Positions 1-9,661 of a stretch of DNA of 64,000 bases are shown here, in pieces (the stretch's first letter is position 1; each line of letters opens with the position of its first letter). The position numbers were made by a program, and so were the translations under genes. This stretch comes from a virus (Duplodnaviria; Caudoviricetes), in the IMG/VR virus record IMGVR_UViG_3300010429_002123; one strand, given 5' to 3'. The notes under the pieces were generated by a model. The model ran no database searches, was not told where the DNA came from, and saw only the letters and a list, made by a program, of their open reading frames with translations.

Positions 1-501
1 GTGGCTCTGTGTAAGGGTTCAGAAAAATGGTGAATATTTGTTGACCGCAGATAGTCAACAATTCAGGGAAACCGAGGAGAAGAAAAATGAGGAGGGAAGA
101 AATTTTGAAGAGGCAGAAAAATAAAGAAGCTGACAGAGTAACACTTCATAATTTTCACTTTCCTCGAAAGGACAAGTTTGTCATGGCTGGGAAAAATTTG
201 ATGAAAATTTTTCTGTTGTAAGAAGCGTCCAGCCACTGCCTGGTGTGCAGGTCAACAATTATTCAAGGCTCAGAAGGCAGAAAGTCACAATTAGGGTGAA
301 TTTTTGTTTAGTAAAGAAGAACAAATTCTAAAGAGGAGGATTTAAAAAATGAAAAGTTCAATGAAGACACAGGTTGTCTTCATTATACCCAGAATTTTCG
401 TGTTTTAGACCTTTTTTCGAAAAAATAACTGATACATTATTTACAAACTAAAAGACAACAATACTAACCAAACTAACAACTAGCGAAGGAAGTGATAGCA
501 T

Positions 502-852
502 ATGACCCAGAGAGACCTCGAGAGCCTAACAGAGCACATAACAACCTGTGAAGAAAGGATAGAAGAAATAAGAGATGAAATAGAAGGGCTACAAAAAGAA
601 ATTGAACGTGAGTTCAAAAAGGGAACCAGATTTGTCCTCAAGAGTAGCCCGGATGACGTGTGCATAATGGAAAGAATTCGTTACAATGTACACACCAACG
701 CTTTCATAATGGACTTCAGAAAGGAGGGCTCGGAAAAACTGTTGGGTGATAATTACGGTCAGTTAAACAGAATTACAATTTTAGACAACCAGGATTTGAC
801 CTGTCTGGATACCCGCCCTGCTGAGGCCAGCCCGGGACACGAACAAGAATAA
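502..852 (+). CDS. hypothetical protein
   Basis: 116-aa ORF with upstream GAAGGAAG RBS and N-terminal coiled coil. Confidence 0.6.
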   Translation: MTQRDLESLTEHITTCEERIEEIRDEIEGLQKEIEREFKKGTRFVLKSSPDDVCIMERIRYNVHTNAFIMDFRKEGSEKLLGDNYGQLNRITILDNQDLTCLDTRPAEASPGHEQE

Positions 853-876
853 TTCCACAAAGGAGAGAATGATTAC

Positions 877-2154
877 ATGCACATACTAAAAGAACGAACC
901 AAAAAGATTATCAAAGAACAAGCAGAAGGAAAGTATTATGGAGTATCCCCTAAGAAGAAAGAGGAAGTTAGAACTAAACTCTTTCACGTAGCTATAAGAA
1001 AAGGAAGTCCCTTTGCTATGAGATACGGTTCCAAAAGGGATATGGAGGAGTTTGAGGGGCAGTTAAATGCCACAGCTATAAACAGTTGCTTGAGAGGAAT
1101 AATAGAAGAAGGAATATTTACAAAAGAGAGTAAGCCCGGAAAAAGAAACCAGTGGTTGTATACCTTTCACAAAGAAAAGCTCTCCGCCGATGAACTAAAG
1201 TCTTTGGAAACGTTCACCAGAGAATGGGATAGAGAGCGAGACGAAAAGCTCGCCCGGTCTATACGGGAAAGTGAGGAAGGTAACAAAGAACTAATAGCCT
1301 TTCTCAAAGCCGAAGAAGAGAAAGAGTTCAAAGAAAGAGAGGCGAGAAGAAAAAAGAGAGAGGATGCAGAAAGAGAGAACAAACTAAAGGAGAGAGAGAA
1401 GAAGTATGCTGAACTCTTCTCTTCAATCCCCGGAAGTCACGAAGGCCAGGAGAGTGCTGAGAGCTCAAAGGAGACGGAGACTCTGGAGAGTTCAGAGAGT
1501 TCAGAGAGTTCCGACACTAAAGCCAAGCTGGAAGTTTTAGCGAGCACTAATGGTTTGTTGGATATTTACCTTCCTTCTGAAAAGCCTGTTCAAGTTTCTT
1601 TAGGGGTCTCTTCCCCGCAGCCTCTGGGGGAGGTTTTGAAAGACCTTACCTGCTCTATCGTGGAGATGGTAGCTTCGGCCAAGCAAAGTAATCTGGAAGT
1701 GTTCAAATTCTTCATAGGAGAAGACAGAAAAACTAGAGACAAAGAATACTGGGCTACTTTAGAAAAGTTTACTAAAGATAACCAGGCAAAGACTGAGGAG
1801 ATAAAGAAACTAAAAGAAAAACAGCTTTTTTTAGAGGAGGAGGTAAGAACCCTGAGGAGCAATCTTTCTAAAGAAAGGGAACAGAGGGAAACCAAAACTA
1901 AAGAATCTGAAACTCTGAGGGAAAACATCGTAAAAACCAATAAGGTTGTTCACCAACTCACACAGAAGCTCCAGGACTTAGAGAACCGGGGAGAGCAAAC
2001 CCCTGTGTTCACGACAGGGAGTCTGGAGAACTTTAACAGCAGGTTAAAGAAAGACTCTCTGGGTGTCACCCATGCGGACTTAATAGAGTTAATGAGAAAC
2101 AAGGTATCAGACAAGTCTCCGGTTAGTGTCCCAGGTAAGAATGGGTCGAAATGA
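877..2154 (+). CDS. coiled-coil protein, possible N-terminal winged helix; similar layout to 20707-21879
   Basis: 425-aa ORF, AAGGAG RBS, long E/K-rich heptads. Confidence 0.55.
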   Translation: MHILKERTKKIIKEQAEGKYYGVSPKKKEEVRTKLFHVAIRKGSPFAMRYGSKRDMEEFEGQLNATAINSCLRGIIEEGIFTKESKPGKRNQWLYTFHKEKLSADELKSLETFTREWDRERDEKLARSIRESEEGNKELIAFLKAEEEKEFKEREARRKKREDAERENKLKEREKKYAELFSSIPGSHEGQESAESSKETETLESSESSESSDTKAKLEVLASTNGLLDIYLPSEKPVQVSLGVSSPQPLGEVLKDLTCSIVEMVASAKQSNLEVFKFFIGEDRKTRDKEYWATLEKFTKDNQAKTEEIKKLKEKQLFLEEEVRTLRSNLSKEREQRETKTKESETLRENIVKTNKVVHQLTQKLQDLENRGEQTPVFTTGSLENFNSRLKKDSLGVTHADLIELMRNKVSDKSPVSVPGKNGSK

Positions 2155-2182
2155 AATACTTTAAATTGTAGTATAAATTGTA

Positions 2183-2211
2183 TTGACATTTTTTACAAGC
2201 TATGGTATGAT
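2183..2211 (+). promoter_or_regulatory. sigma70/sigmaA promoter
   Basis: TTGACA-17 bp-TATGAT with extended TG. Confidence 0.65.
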
Positions 2212-2269
2212 ATGGACTGAAGAATACTTACAGGCTTTAAACTGGCCTGATAACGGAAGGAGCACAAGT

Positions 2270-2464
2270 ATGAAAGAAATGAAGTTAAAAATCACCCGGA
2301 AGGGTGAAGTAAAGATTGAAGGGATAAAAGGCACGGTAGGTGCCGAGTGCCTTGAACTAACTAAAAAACTGGAACAGGCTATAGGTCAGACAGAGAGCAG
2401 GGAGCTCACTGAAGATTACTACAAAGAAAAGGAGAACGAGTATGAATACAACAAAAACGCTTGA
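2270..2464 (+). CDS. DUF2997-family small protein
   Basis: ITRKGEVKIEGIKGTVGAECLELTKKLEQAIG...ELTEDYY motif; this family typically neighbours Ycf46-like AAA ATPases; ATG 2270 follows GGAAGGAG. Confidence 0.7.
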   Translation: MKEMKLKITRKGEVKIEGIKGTVGAECLELTKKLEQAIGQTESRELTEDYYKEKENEYEYNKNA

Positions 2465-5147
2465 GGAATTAGACCTGCTCATAAGAGCCAGATACCCTTT
2501 GATAAACATTATTTCTCCAGAAACGGCAAGGGTTACTTCTGCTCTGGAGACCATTCTTAAAGACCACGAAGACAAGAAGATGTTTTCATGGGTATTCGGA
2601 GAAGGTATGACCTGCCTGGGAGAAAGAAAAAACCTGACTGTAGACGAAAAAGGGATGCTGGGTAAAGAGCTTGACCCGCTGTTAGTTCTGGATAAAATAG
2701 AAATCTTTGGAAAAAACTCTCTGTTTATTCTAAACGACTTTCACTTGTTCCTGAAAGACACAAGGGTTCTAATCAAATTAAAATCAGTGACTTCCCGGAT
2801 TAGAATGAAAAGGTCTACTTTAGTATTTATTTCTCCCTGTTCTTTCCCGGTTCCTCCCGAACTGAGAGACCATATAACAACTATCTCTTTCCCTCTTCCC
2901 GGAAGTGACGAAATGGAAGGTCTTTACCAAAATACGTTAAGCAGGGTGTGTATTCCGGGACAAAAACTCGATAACATCAGCGACACACTGAAAGAAAAGA
3001 TAGTCAACTCTGCTCTTGGCCTGACTTTTAACCAGGCAGAAAGGGTGCTGTTTAAAGCTCTGACAAAAAACGGAAAGATTTCTGAAGAGGCCATAGACCG
3101 AATATTAGAGGAGAAAAAGCAGTTAATTTCCCTCTCTTCAGCCCTGCAGTTCTTTCCTGCTACGGAGACAATAAAGAACGTAGGAGGTTTATACTCTCTC
3201 AAAGAATGGGTGAGAAGCAGAGAAAAAGTCTTCTCTAAAGAGGCAAGAGAGTATGGTCTGCCCGTTCCTAAGGGTGTGCTTCTCGCAGGAATACCAGGCA
3301 CAGGAAAAAGCCTTGTGGCCAAAGCCGTAGCGGGTATGTGGAAAATGCCTCTTCTAAGACTCGACGTGGGGGCAATTTTCGGCGGACTTGTCGGCCAGTC
3401 TGAAGAAAATGTCAGGACTGCTATAGCTATAAGTGAGGCGGTAGCTCCGTGTTGTTTGTGGGTGGATTAACCCCTAGTAGGTGTGAAAGTTTCTGCTTGA
3501 CTTTACACAAAGAAAGATTGTATACTATTGGAAAAAGGAGACAAGAAAATGAAAACCTGTAAAATGTGCAAAACAGAACTCAAAAAAGAGAAAAATACTT
3601 TTTGCAGTCTGAGTTGCTCAACAAAGTATAGAAATCTTTCTAAGTGTATAAGAGTCAAGAAAGAATGTAAGATGTGTGGCAAAGTGTTAGAACTAACCGA
3701 ATCTTCTTTAAAAGGGAAATTAAATGTCTTTTGTAGTAATGAGTGCAGGCAGGCTTTCTTGAAAAGAAATAACAGGTATGAACCCTGTGAAAACTGTGGC
3801 AAAATTATTGAGATAAACTGGAAAAGAAACAAAGTAAAAACTCCTTTTTGCTCTGTAAGTTGCCATAATGAAAAGGTGAGTAATAAAGTAGAGACAACAT
3901 GTGCTGGTTGTGGGGGCAAAATGATTACCCACAAGTCTCGACTCAGCTATTACAAGAATGTCTACTGCTCTCAAAATTGTTACACTAAAACTGTTCTTGG
4001 GAAGAGAGGAAATCTTCAGGAAAAGTATGAGTTGGTAAGACATAGATTAATGGATTCAGACAATTTCCGACTCTGGAGAATAGGAGTTCTCTCTAAAAAG
4101 CACAGATGTGAGGTGTGTGGGAGTAAAAAGGGTCTTGTGGTTCACCATGTTATCTCGCTCTTTACTCTAGTTTCCACTTACAATAGAGAGTTTTCCCTTT
4201 CAAAAGAAAGTATCGAAAAAGTTATAAGCTCGAAGGAGTTTAATGACGTGTCAAACGGTAAAGTTCTGTGTAAATCATGCCACGTATTAGAACACCGAAA
4301 AATAGTCCCTTATGGAAGTAATTCCATAGAGCAAATCCCGTTAATTGCTGGAAACCCGTTAGAGCCTTCAGTACCTATAAACGGTGACAATCTGAAGGAT
4401 TCGGCAACCAGCAGCGAAGCCTTGAAAAAGGAACGTTCAACGACTAACCCGGAAGGGTGTAGGGTCTAAGTAGACTCGAAAAACGGGACTTCCTAGACGA
4501 AAAGGAAGATGATATAGTCTGGACTCATACGAAAGTATGAGAGGTTACACGGAAACGGTGTAATTGCAACACAATCGGAAATAGAAAAAGGACTCTTTGG
4601 GGCGAGTGCCCGTCTCTCCGTCGGTGACAGCGGAGTAAGTGCCCGAGTAGCTTCTACTATGCTTACGTGGATGCAGGAAAAAACCTCTCCCGTATTTGTA
4701 GTAGCCACGGCTAATGACCTTACAGGGTTCAGCCCGGAGGAAATTCGCATGGGAAGATTTGATGCTGTGTTCTTCCTTGACTTCCCCGACGAAATAGAAA
4801 GAATGGAAATCTTTAAAGTCCATCTCGAAAAGAGAAGACCTGTCATTCATAAGTACGACCTGAAACTTCTGGCTAAACTCACAGAAGGTTTCACAGGAGC
4901 TGAAATAGAACAGGTTATCATAGAAAGTATGCACAACGCCTTTTATGATACGGGCAGAGACTTCACTATGGGTGACATCGAAAAAGTCATAAAGGAAACA
5001 GTTCCCTCCTCTGAAATGATGAGAGATAAAATAGACAAGTTAAGAGAATGGGTCAAGTCAAACAGAGTAAGGACTGCTTCTGCAAGGGAACCGGAAAAAG
5101 TCATGCCCAGTTATATAAAACTTGAACCTTTAAACTTAAGGAACTGA
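2442..5147 (+). CDS. Ycf46-like AAA+ ATPase, spliced join(2442..3467,4578..5147), about 531 aa
   Basis: Walker A GIPGTGKS; Walker B LWVD|EIEKG restored by removing 3468-4577; exon 2 has VFVVATAN and RMGRFD, in frame with the ORF at 4659. Confidence 0.88.
3468..4577 (+). mobile_element. group I intron (1110 nt) carrying an HNH homing endonuclease
   Basis: 5' exon ends in U (GAU) and intron ends in G; core motifs AATTGCTGGAA, AACCAGCAG, GTTCAACGACTA, ATGATATAGTCT at about 4340-4520. Confidence 0.88.
3549..4469 (+). CDS. intron-encoded HNH homing endonuclease with multiple Zn-finger repeats
   Basis: repeated CxxC...FCSxxC units, then CEVCG...VHH...NGKVLCKSCHVLEH; AAGGAG RBS; 3' end overlaps the ribozyme core. 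Confidence 0.8.
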   Translation: MKTCKMCKTELKKEKNTFCSLSCSTKYRNLSKCIRVKKECKMCGKVLELTESSLKGKLNVFCSNECRQAFLKRNNRYEPCENCGKIIEINWKRNKVKTPFCSVSCHNEKVSNKVETTCAGCGGKMITHKSRLSYYKNVYCSQNCYTKTVLGKRGNLQEKYELVRHRLMDSDNFRLWRIGVLSKKHRCEVCGSKKGLVVHHVISLFTLVSTYNREFSLSKESIEKVISSKEFNDVSNGKVLCKSCHVLEHRKIVPYGSNSIEQIPLIAGNPLEPSVPINGDNLKDSATSSEALKKERSTTNPEGCRV

Positions 5148-5220
5148 CACGAAGAGTAAACAGGGATAGGAGGTTGAACTAACCTCTTATTTCTGTTTAC
5201 AGAAAGGAAGAGTTATTCTT

Positions 5221-6096
5221 ATGGATTTATACTTTACACACAGGAGAAACTTTCCCACGTCACCCGCAACCGGAGCTTCTCTCAGCGTTTCCAGACCTAT
5301 TCCCGGATTTATTCCTCCCGAAGAGTGTAAGATTGAGGGGTTTACCTTTCCGAGAAGAGTTTCAAACAGCTCTTTCCTGACCTCAGGCACAGACTTTAGA
5401 AACAGAGAGGAAAAAGATTTTATAGATTACGCAAATCCTGTTGAATCTATCACTATTCCCGAAAGGACACTGGACAGCTTTGTGAGAAATTACTTTTCCA
5501 CACTTTTCCCGGAGGGTCTCCTCCCGGCTCAAAGAAGAGCAGAGTTAGAACCCCCGGATGAGTTGGGACTAGCCACACCCTCTATGACAACGGGCGAAGG
5601 AAAAACTACCTTCCTGTGTCTGAAGTCTTTATTTCTCTGTCTTAAATTTCCCGATTTTAACATTCTTATTTTCACATCGAGCATTGCTCCCAGCGAACCC
5701 CAGAGGGTGATGTCCGTTCTCTTATCTCTGCTCTATGAACCAAAAATGAGCAAGATAGGACAGGTAAAAAAACGGCTCTGGTCAGAAAGTGACTTTCTTA
5801 TCTTTGCAAATAATTCAAGCATAAGAGTCCTCCCTTTGTTCGGAACACTGAACAGTTACGTTAAAAGAGAAGAAGAGGGTGAAATTGACTGGGAGACGCC
5901 TCCGTGTCCAGACCCTCTCAGAACTCACACCCCCTCAGCAGACCGTAACTCCTTTAGTAACTTTATTAACACTATGAGAACTTTATGCCAGTTTCTCTGC
6001 ATAGAGAGACCCGATTGTGTGGCCTTGTTCTATCCCCCCAACTTCCATCTCAGAATGGATTCTCCTCCGGTCATAACGGAGATAGTAAGACCATGA
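5221..6096 (+). CDS. hypothetical protein with degenerate terminase-ATPase-like N-terminal motifs
   Basis: TTGEGKTT P-loop and IFANNSSIRVLPL; no clear Walker B. Confidence 0.4.
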   Translation: MDLYFTHRRNFPTSPATGASLSVSRPIPGFIPPEECKIEGFTFPRRVSNSSFLTSGTDFRNREEKDFIDYANPVESITIPERTLDSFVRNYFSTLFPEGLLPAQRRAELEPPDELGLATPSMTTGEGKTTFLCLKSLFLCLKFPDFNILIFTSSIAPSEPQRVMSVLLSLLYEPKMSKIGQVKKRLWSESDFLIFANNSSIRVLPLFGTLNSYVKREEEGEIDWETPPCPDPLRTHTPSADRNSFSNFINTMRTLCQFLCIERPDCVALFYPPNFHLRMDSPPVITEIVRP

Positions 6097-6527
6097 GAAG
6101 ACCATCGAAACCCTTTACCAACAAAACTGAAAAGACTTTTAAGGAACACCGTGGAGAACACATTCTTGACCTCAGTGAGTTTGGGTTTGGGGAAATGCTT
6201 CTTCATGTAAGAAACAGCGAGGTAGCCCTGCTTACCCCTACAGAAAAGTGTCTTCCCCGGTGCACCTCCTGTGGCCAGGCCGACGAAATTTCTATAGATG
6301 GAGATTTCAACTATTTAGACTGGCTTACGGTTAACCACAAAGGGGTTCTGATAATAAAGTGCCACAGGTGTAATATTGAACATGCCTGCAAGATAGAAAA
6401 GTCCCGTGAGTGTTCCACTCACTGGTTCAATCGTTATTCCTTTTCCGTGCTGGATTCCATCGAGGACTCACTTGCGGTAGACCGAGCCCTCACAATTACG
6501 GAAGAGAAAGATGTTGAGAATGATTGA
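6093..6527 (+). CDS. Zn-ribbon protein, paralog of 52164 and 53523
   Basis: CTSCGQ..ISIDGDF....W...IKCHRC shared motif. Confidence 0.55.
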   Translation: MRRPSKPFTNKTEKTFKEHRGEHILDLSEFGFGEMLLHVRNSEVALLTPTEKCLPRCTSCGQADEISIDGDFNYLDWLTVNHKGVLIIKCHRCNIEHACKIEKSRECSTHWFNRYSFSVLDSIEDSLAVDRALTITEEKDVEND

Positions 6528-6780
6528 ATTCAATCCCTATGAAAAACTGGAACAACTAACCTTTCTTTTCTTTGGTTACCCTTTTCATCCCTGACAGCCC
6601 GTCCTTCCCCCGCCTCTTCCGTGCTGTGACGCCCTCTTAAACCAGTCTCGTCACCCAACGCTTTTCAAAAATACCTAAGTTGCTTGTGTATTTGGAAGAG
6701 AACTTAAAAAGCCATAAGTTGATATACCTATTTGAAGTTGTAAAAATACATAAGTTGCTTATGTATTTGAGAGAAATACC

Positions 6781-6918
6781 ACAAAAAGGATTTTTGTTAC
6801 CACAAAAAGGATTTTTGATAAAGCAAAAAGGATTTTTGATAAAGCAAAAAGGATTTTTGATAAAGCAAAAAGGATTTTTGATAAAGCAAAAAGGATTTTT
6901 GTTATCACAAAAAGGAGG
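6781..6918 (+). repeat. 21-bp tandem repeat (6 units, CAAAAA-GGA-TTTTTG hairpins) ending in the udk RBS
   Basis: GGA at 6788, 6809, 6830, 6851, 6872, 6893, then GGAGG at 6914. Confidence 0.9.
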
Positions 6919-6925
6919 AAAACAT

Positions 6926-7537
6926 ATGATAATAATAGGTGTGTGCGGAGGTTCTGGGTCTGGAAAATCTGAGTTAGCTCATGCTCTGGCGGGTAAAATG
7001 CTCAAAGCACAGGTAATAGGAACAGACAACTTTTACAAAGACCTCTCTCATCTTCCTGTGGAAGAAAGGGATTCTACTAATTTTGATTCACCGGACAGTT
7101 ATGATTTCTTTTCTCTGGAGGAAGTAATCCGGGGCATCAAAGAAGGAAAAACCGACATAAGTCTTCCGGTATACGACTTCAAAACCCATACCCGAACCGG
7201 TTGGGAAAGAGTAGACCTGACGGGAAAAACTCTAGTTATTTTTGAAGGTATATTTCTTTTCTCTTCTATTAGAATACGAGATAGTTTTGACTTCAGAATT
7301 TTCGTGGAGGCCAGCTCTGACGAAAGACTCTCCCGAAGACTCTCAACCTGCCAGGAAAGAGGGTGGAACTGGGTGACATATCTTAAAAAATGGAGAGAAG
7401 AAATTGAACCTGGTTATCTTTCTTTTGTGTTGCCTGGAAGAGCTCATGCTGATTTAATAATACCCTCCGTCAGTATAGGAGAGAACGCTTTCTTTGAAAG
7501 AACCTTGCGGTTACTATGTCTTTTCAAAAATACGTAA
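6926..7537 (+). CDS. udk: uridine kinase
   Basis: IIGVCGGSGSGKS, DNFYKD, NFDSPDSYD, PVYDFKTHTR, FEGIF motifs; start moved past the repeat. Confidence 0.9.
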   Translation: MIIIGVCGGSGSGKSELAHALAGKMLKAQVIGTDNFYKDLSHLPVEERDSTNFDSPDSYDFFSLEEVIRGIKEGKTDISLPVYDFKTHTRTGWERVDLTGKTLVIFEGIFLFSSIRIRDSFDFRIFVEASSDERLSRRLSTCQERGWNWVTYLKKWREEIEPGYLSFVLPGRAHADLIIPSVSIGENAFFERTLRLLCLFKNT

Positions 7538-7597
7538 GTTGCTTACAGATTTGAAAACTAAAAAGACATGAGTTGATATGTATTTGAAAGAATCAGC

Positions 7598-7672
7598 ACG
7601 AAAAGGATTTTCGTTACCACGAAAAGGATTTTCGTTACCACGAAAAGGATTTTTGTTATCACAAAAAGGAGG
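7598..7672 (+). repeat. 21-bp GGA-loop hairpin repeat (3 units) ending in RBS
   Basis: ACGAAAA-GGA-TTTTCGT units, a compensatory variant of the 6781 repeat. Confidence 0.85.
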
Positions 7673-7681
7673 AAAAATAAC

Positions 7682-7885
7682 ATGATTACGAACAAAAAAC
7701 CTTTAAACTATGCCTACATAAATGTCTCTGAAGGGAAAACCAGACAGTGCCAGCATTGCAAATTCTACAACTCTAATGCTACAGGAAGACAGGTAAGCTG
7801 TCAAAAACTGAAAGTTCAGGTGTCTGGACTTGACTGCTGTAAGTTCTTTTTTAACTACTTTCAAAAAATACACGGGCTTAACTAA
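7682..7885 (+). CDS. small Cys-rich protein, HiPIP-like pattern
   Basis: Y...QCQHCKF...C...V....CC..F spacing; strong RBS. Confidence 0.4.
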   Translation: MITNKKPLNYAYINVSEGKTRQCQHCKFYNSNATGRQVSCQKLKVQVSGLDCCKFFFNYFQKIHGLN

Positions 7886-7927
7886 AGTAAAACTTCTTCT
7901 ATACCAAAAATAATAAGTCAAAATCTT

Positions 7928-7962
7928 TAAGAGTGTGACGTATGGTGTCACACTCTTATTTT
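7928..7962 (+). terminator. probable intrinsic terminator
   Basis: TAAGAGTGTGAC...GTCACACTCTTA followed by TTTT. Confidence 0.6.
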
Positions 7963-8060
7963 ATACTTAAAAAGACATGAGTTGATATGTAATTTGAAAG
8001 ACTTAGAAATAAAAAGTCCTCCCAGAGTAACGGACAAAAAACCCTGGAGAAGGGAACTAA

Positions 8061-8453
8061 ATGAAAAAATTACTCAATGTTACAAGTCACAATCTCACTG
8101 AAGACCAGAAAAAAGCTGTCGGAGACTCTATTTGTGTTGATATGCCCGCTGAAGTAAAGGGAAAATGGGGGCAGGTTCCTGTAGACGGTGATATTAATAG
8201 TGTAAAAGCCCATGTTCAGCCCGTAATCGACTGGATTCTGGCAGAAAATACCGGTGAAACTACTGCTCTTATTGCCGGAGCTTTCTCCGCTTCTTTTCTT
8301 GTGATGGAAGTTTGCTGGGCGTCCGGGATAAAAACTGTAGAGGCTACTACTAAAAGAAAAGTAATAGAAGAAACTATGCCTGATGGTTCTGTAAAAAAGA
8401 CTTCTGTTTTTGAGTTTGTCCAATTCAGAGAAATAAGGTCATTAATTTCCTAA
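8061..8453 (+). CDS. Csx20-like protein (putative cyclic oligoadenylate ring nuclease)
   Basis: SHNLTEDQ, KWGQVP, LIAG, ATTKRKVIEE..DGSVKKTSVFEFVQFR match the Csx20 pattern as recalled. Confidence 0.65.
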   Translation: MKKLLNVTSHNLTEDQKKAVGDSICVDMPAEVKGKWGQVPVDGDINSVKAHVQPVIDWILAENTGETTALIAGAFSASFLVMEVCWASGIKTVEATTKRKVIEETMPDGSVKKTSVFEFVQFREIRSLIS

Positions 8454-8598
8454 GTGTCAAAATAAGCTCAAAAACCTATCTAGAAACGGGGCAACTTCGA
8501 TTTAAGGGAAAAGGGTGCCCCGTTCTTTTTGCTGTGTTTCTGAAGCCTCCTGGAGGCCATAATGACGTTTTAGTTTATGAGATAGAAAGGAGAATATT

Positions 8599-9609
8599 AT
8601 GTATTACAGAAAAAATCACACGAGGCACACCTTTAAAGTTAAGCCTGGAGAAAACTGGGAAGTATCCCTAGTCCAATCGGGAAAATGCCCGGAGGCAAAA
8701 GAGGGAATGGAGATTGCTTTTAAGGCTTTTCTATGGGCAGAGAAAGAAAGTATGTTGACTATACCTGAAGTGTCCCTCTTTACAGACAGGGAACTTTATG
8801 TGGGAAGAAGTGGCTGTAGAGATTACTGTGTGTATAAAAAAGTGACCGTATGGTATGAAGAGTTGCCGGGAACAACTGTAATCAGGGAGTGCAGAACTCC
8901 AAGAACGAAAATACCTGTTCTCTATGTGAGCATGAAAGACAAGTTAAATAGCGGTTTTAGTATTACTCCCGAAACTTTCTGGGAAGCTGTCAGAATATAC
9001 GGAAAAGACTTCTGTGGCCAGAAAAAAGAAGAAGACGAGACGGAAGAGGAGTTTGTAAAAAGGGTATGGGAAGACTTTCGGTGTTTTATCTCAGAAGAAG
9101 ACTTGGACTTTCTGCCAGTGGAAGACGTCGGGAAAGAACTAAACATAGGGTGCCGTAAAGTAAAAGTCTCCCCGGATTTCTCTTTCTTCCTGTGGGAAAA
9201 CGAAAACAGGATACACAAAATACATATAGGAGAGAGTTATACCTTCTTCAAACAAGAAGCTCAACTGGTCACAAGTTATTTAGGTAAGATAAAAGAGGCT
9301 TTTGCAAGTCTGGGTATACTAGTAGAAGAAATATATAGGTCCGAAGAAGACGTTATCAGACTGCTATTTCTAAAAACCGGAGAATGTTACAACCTTGATG
9401 AGTTTCGTTACTGGTTAGACGCTGAAAAACTATCGGTACAAAACACAGAAACGGGAAAACTCAGCGAGTTCTATTACGACAAATGCTATTCTGTAGATGA
9501 AGATTACCTGAGAGTTTTATGCCGAATGATAAAAGACGAGGAATTTCAGATGGTGAGCTCCCCTGAAGAGGGTGTTAAAGGGAAGATAAGTTTTATCAGA
9601 AGTAATTAG
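8599..9609 (+). CDS. hypothetical protein, paralog of 9751
   Basis: shared FLxWAE, TPETFW and SPDFSFFLW motifs. Confidence 0.65.
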   Translation: MYYRKNHTRHTFKVKPGENWEVSLVQSGKCPEAKEGMEIAFKAFLWAEKESMLTIPEVSLFTDRELYVGRSGCRDYCVYKKVTVWYEELPGTTVIRECRTPRTKIPVLYVSMKDKLNSGFSITPETFWEAVRIYGKDFCGQKKEEDETEEEFVKRVWEDFRCFISEEDLDFLPVEDVGKELNIGCRKVKVSPDFSFFLWENENRIHKIHIGESYTFFKQEAQLVTSYLGKIKEAFASLGILVEEIYRSEEDVIRLLFLKTGECYNLDEFRYWLDAEKLSVQNTETGKLSEFYYDKCYSVDEDYLRVLCRMIKDEEFQMVSSPEEGVKGKISFIRSN

Positions 9610-9640
9610 GGGTCTTATTCTCTGTCTGTATGCTATACAC

Positions 9641-9661
9641 TTTTTACAAAAAGTATTGACG
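9641..9661 (+). promoter_or_regulatory. conserved phage promoter (TTTTTACAAAAAGTA-TTGAC), first of about 12 copies
   Basis: copies at 9641, 10630, 18016, 18850, 37349, 49662, 51131, 56971, 61944; variants at 48348, about 54549 and 59296; usually followed 17-18 bp later by TATACT/TATAAT-like -10. Confidence 0.8.

Noticed and set aside
1-480. ORF-free start with short recurring motifs (GTCAACAATT, GGTGAAT.TTTGTT)
   Set aside because: Motifs are short, the region is truncated by the window edge, and no function can be supported
3468-4658. AAA ATPase (and nrdJ at 34220-34609) as pseudogenes or stop-codon recoding
   Set aside because: Group I intron cores and exact U|...G| junctions restore conserved motifs; other genes read normally in code 11
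6680-6925. N-terminal extensions with QKGFL-type repeats on udk (also on track ORFs 23639, 18902, 9712, 30082)
   Set aside because: They are translations of the 21-nt UTR repeats; strong RBS/ATG pairs lie downstream
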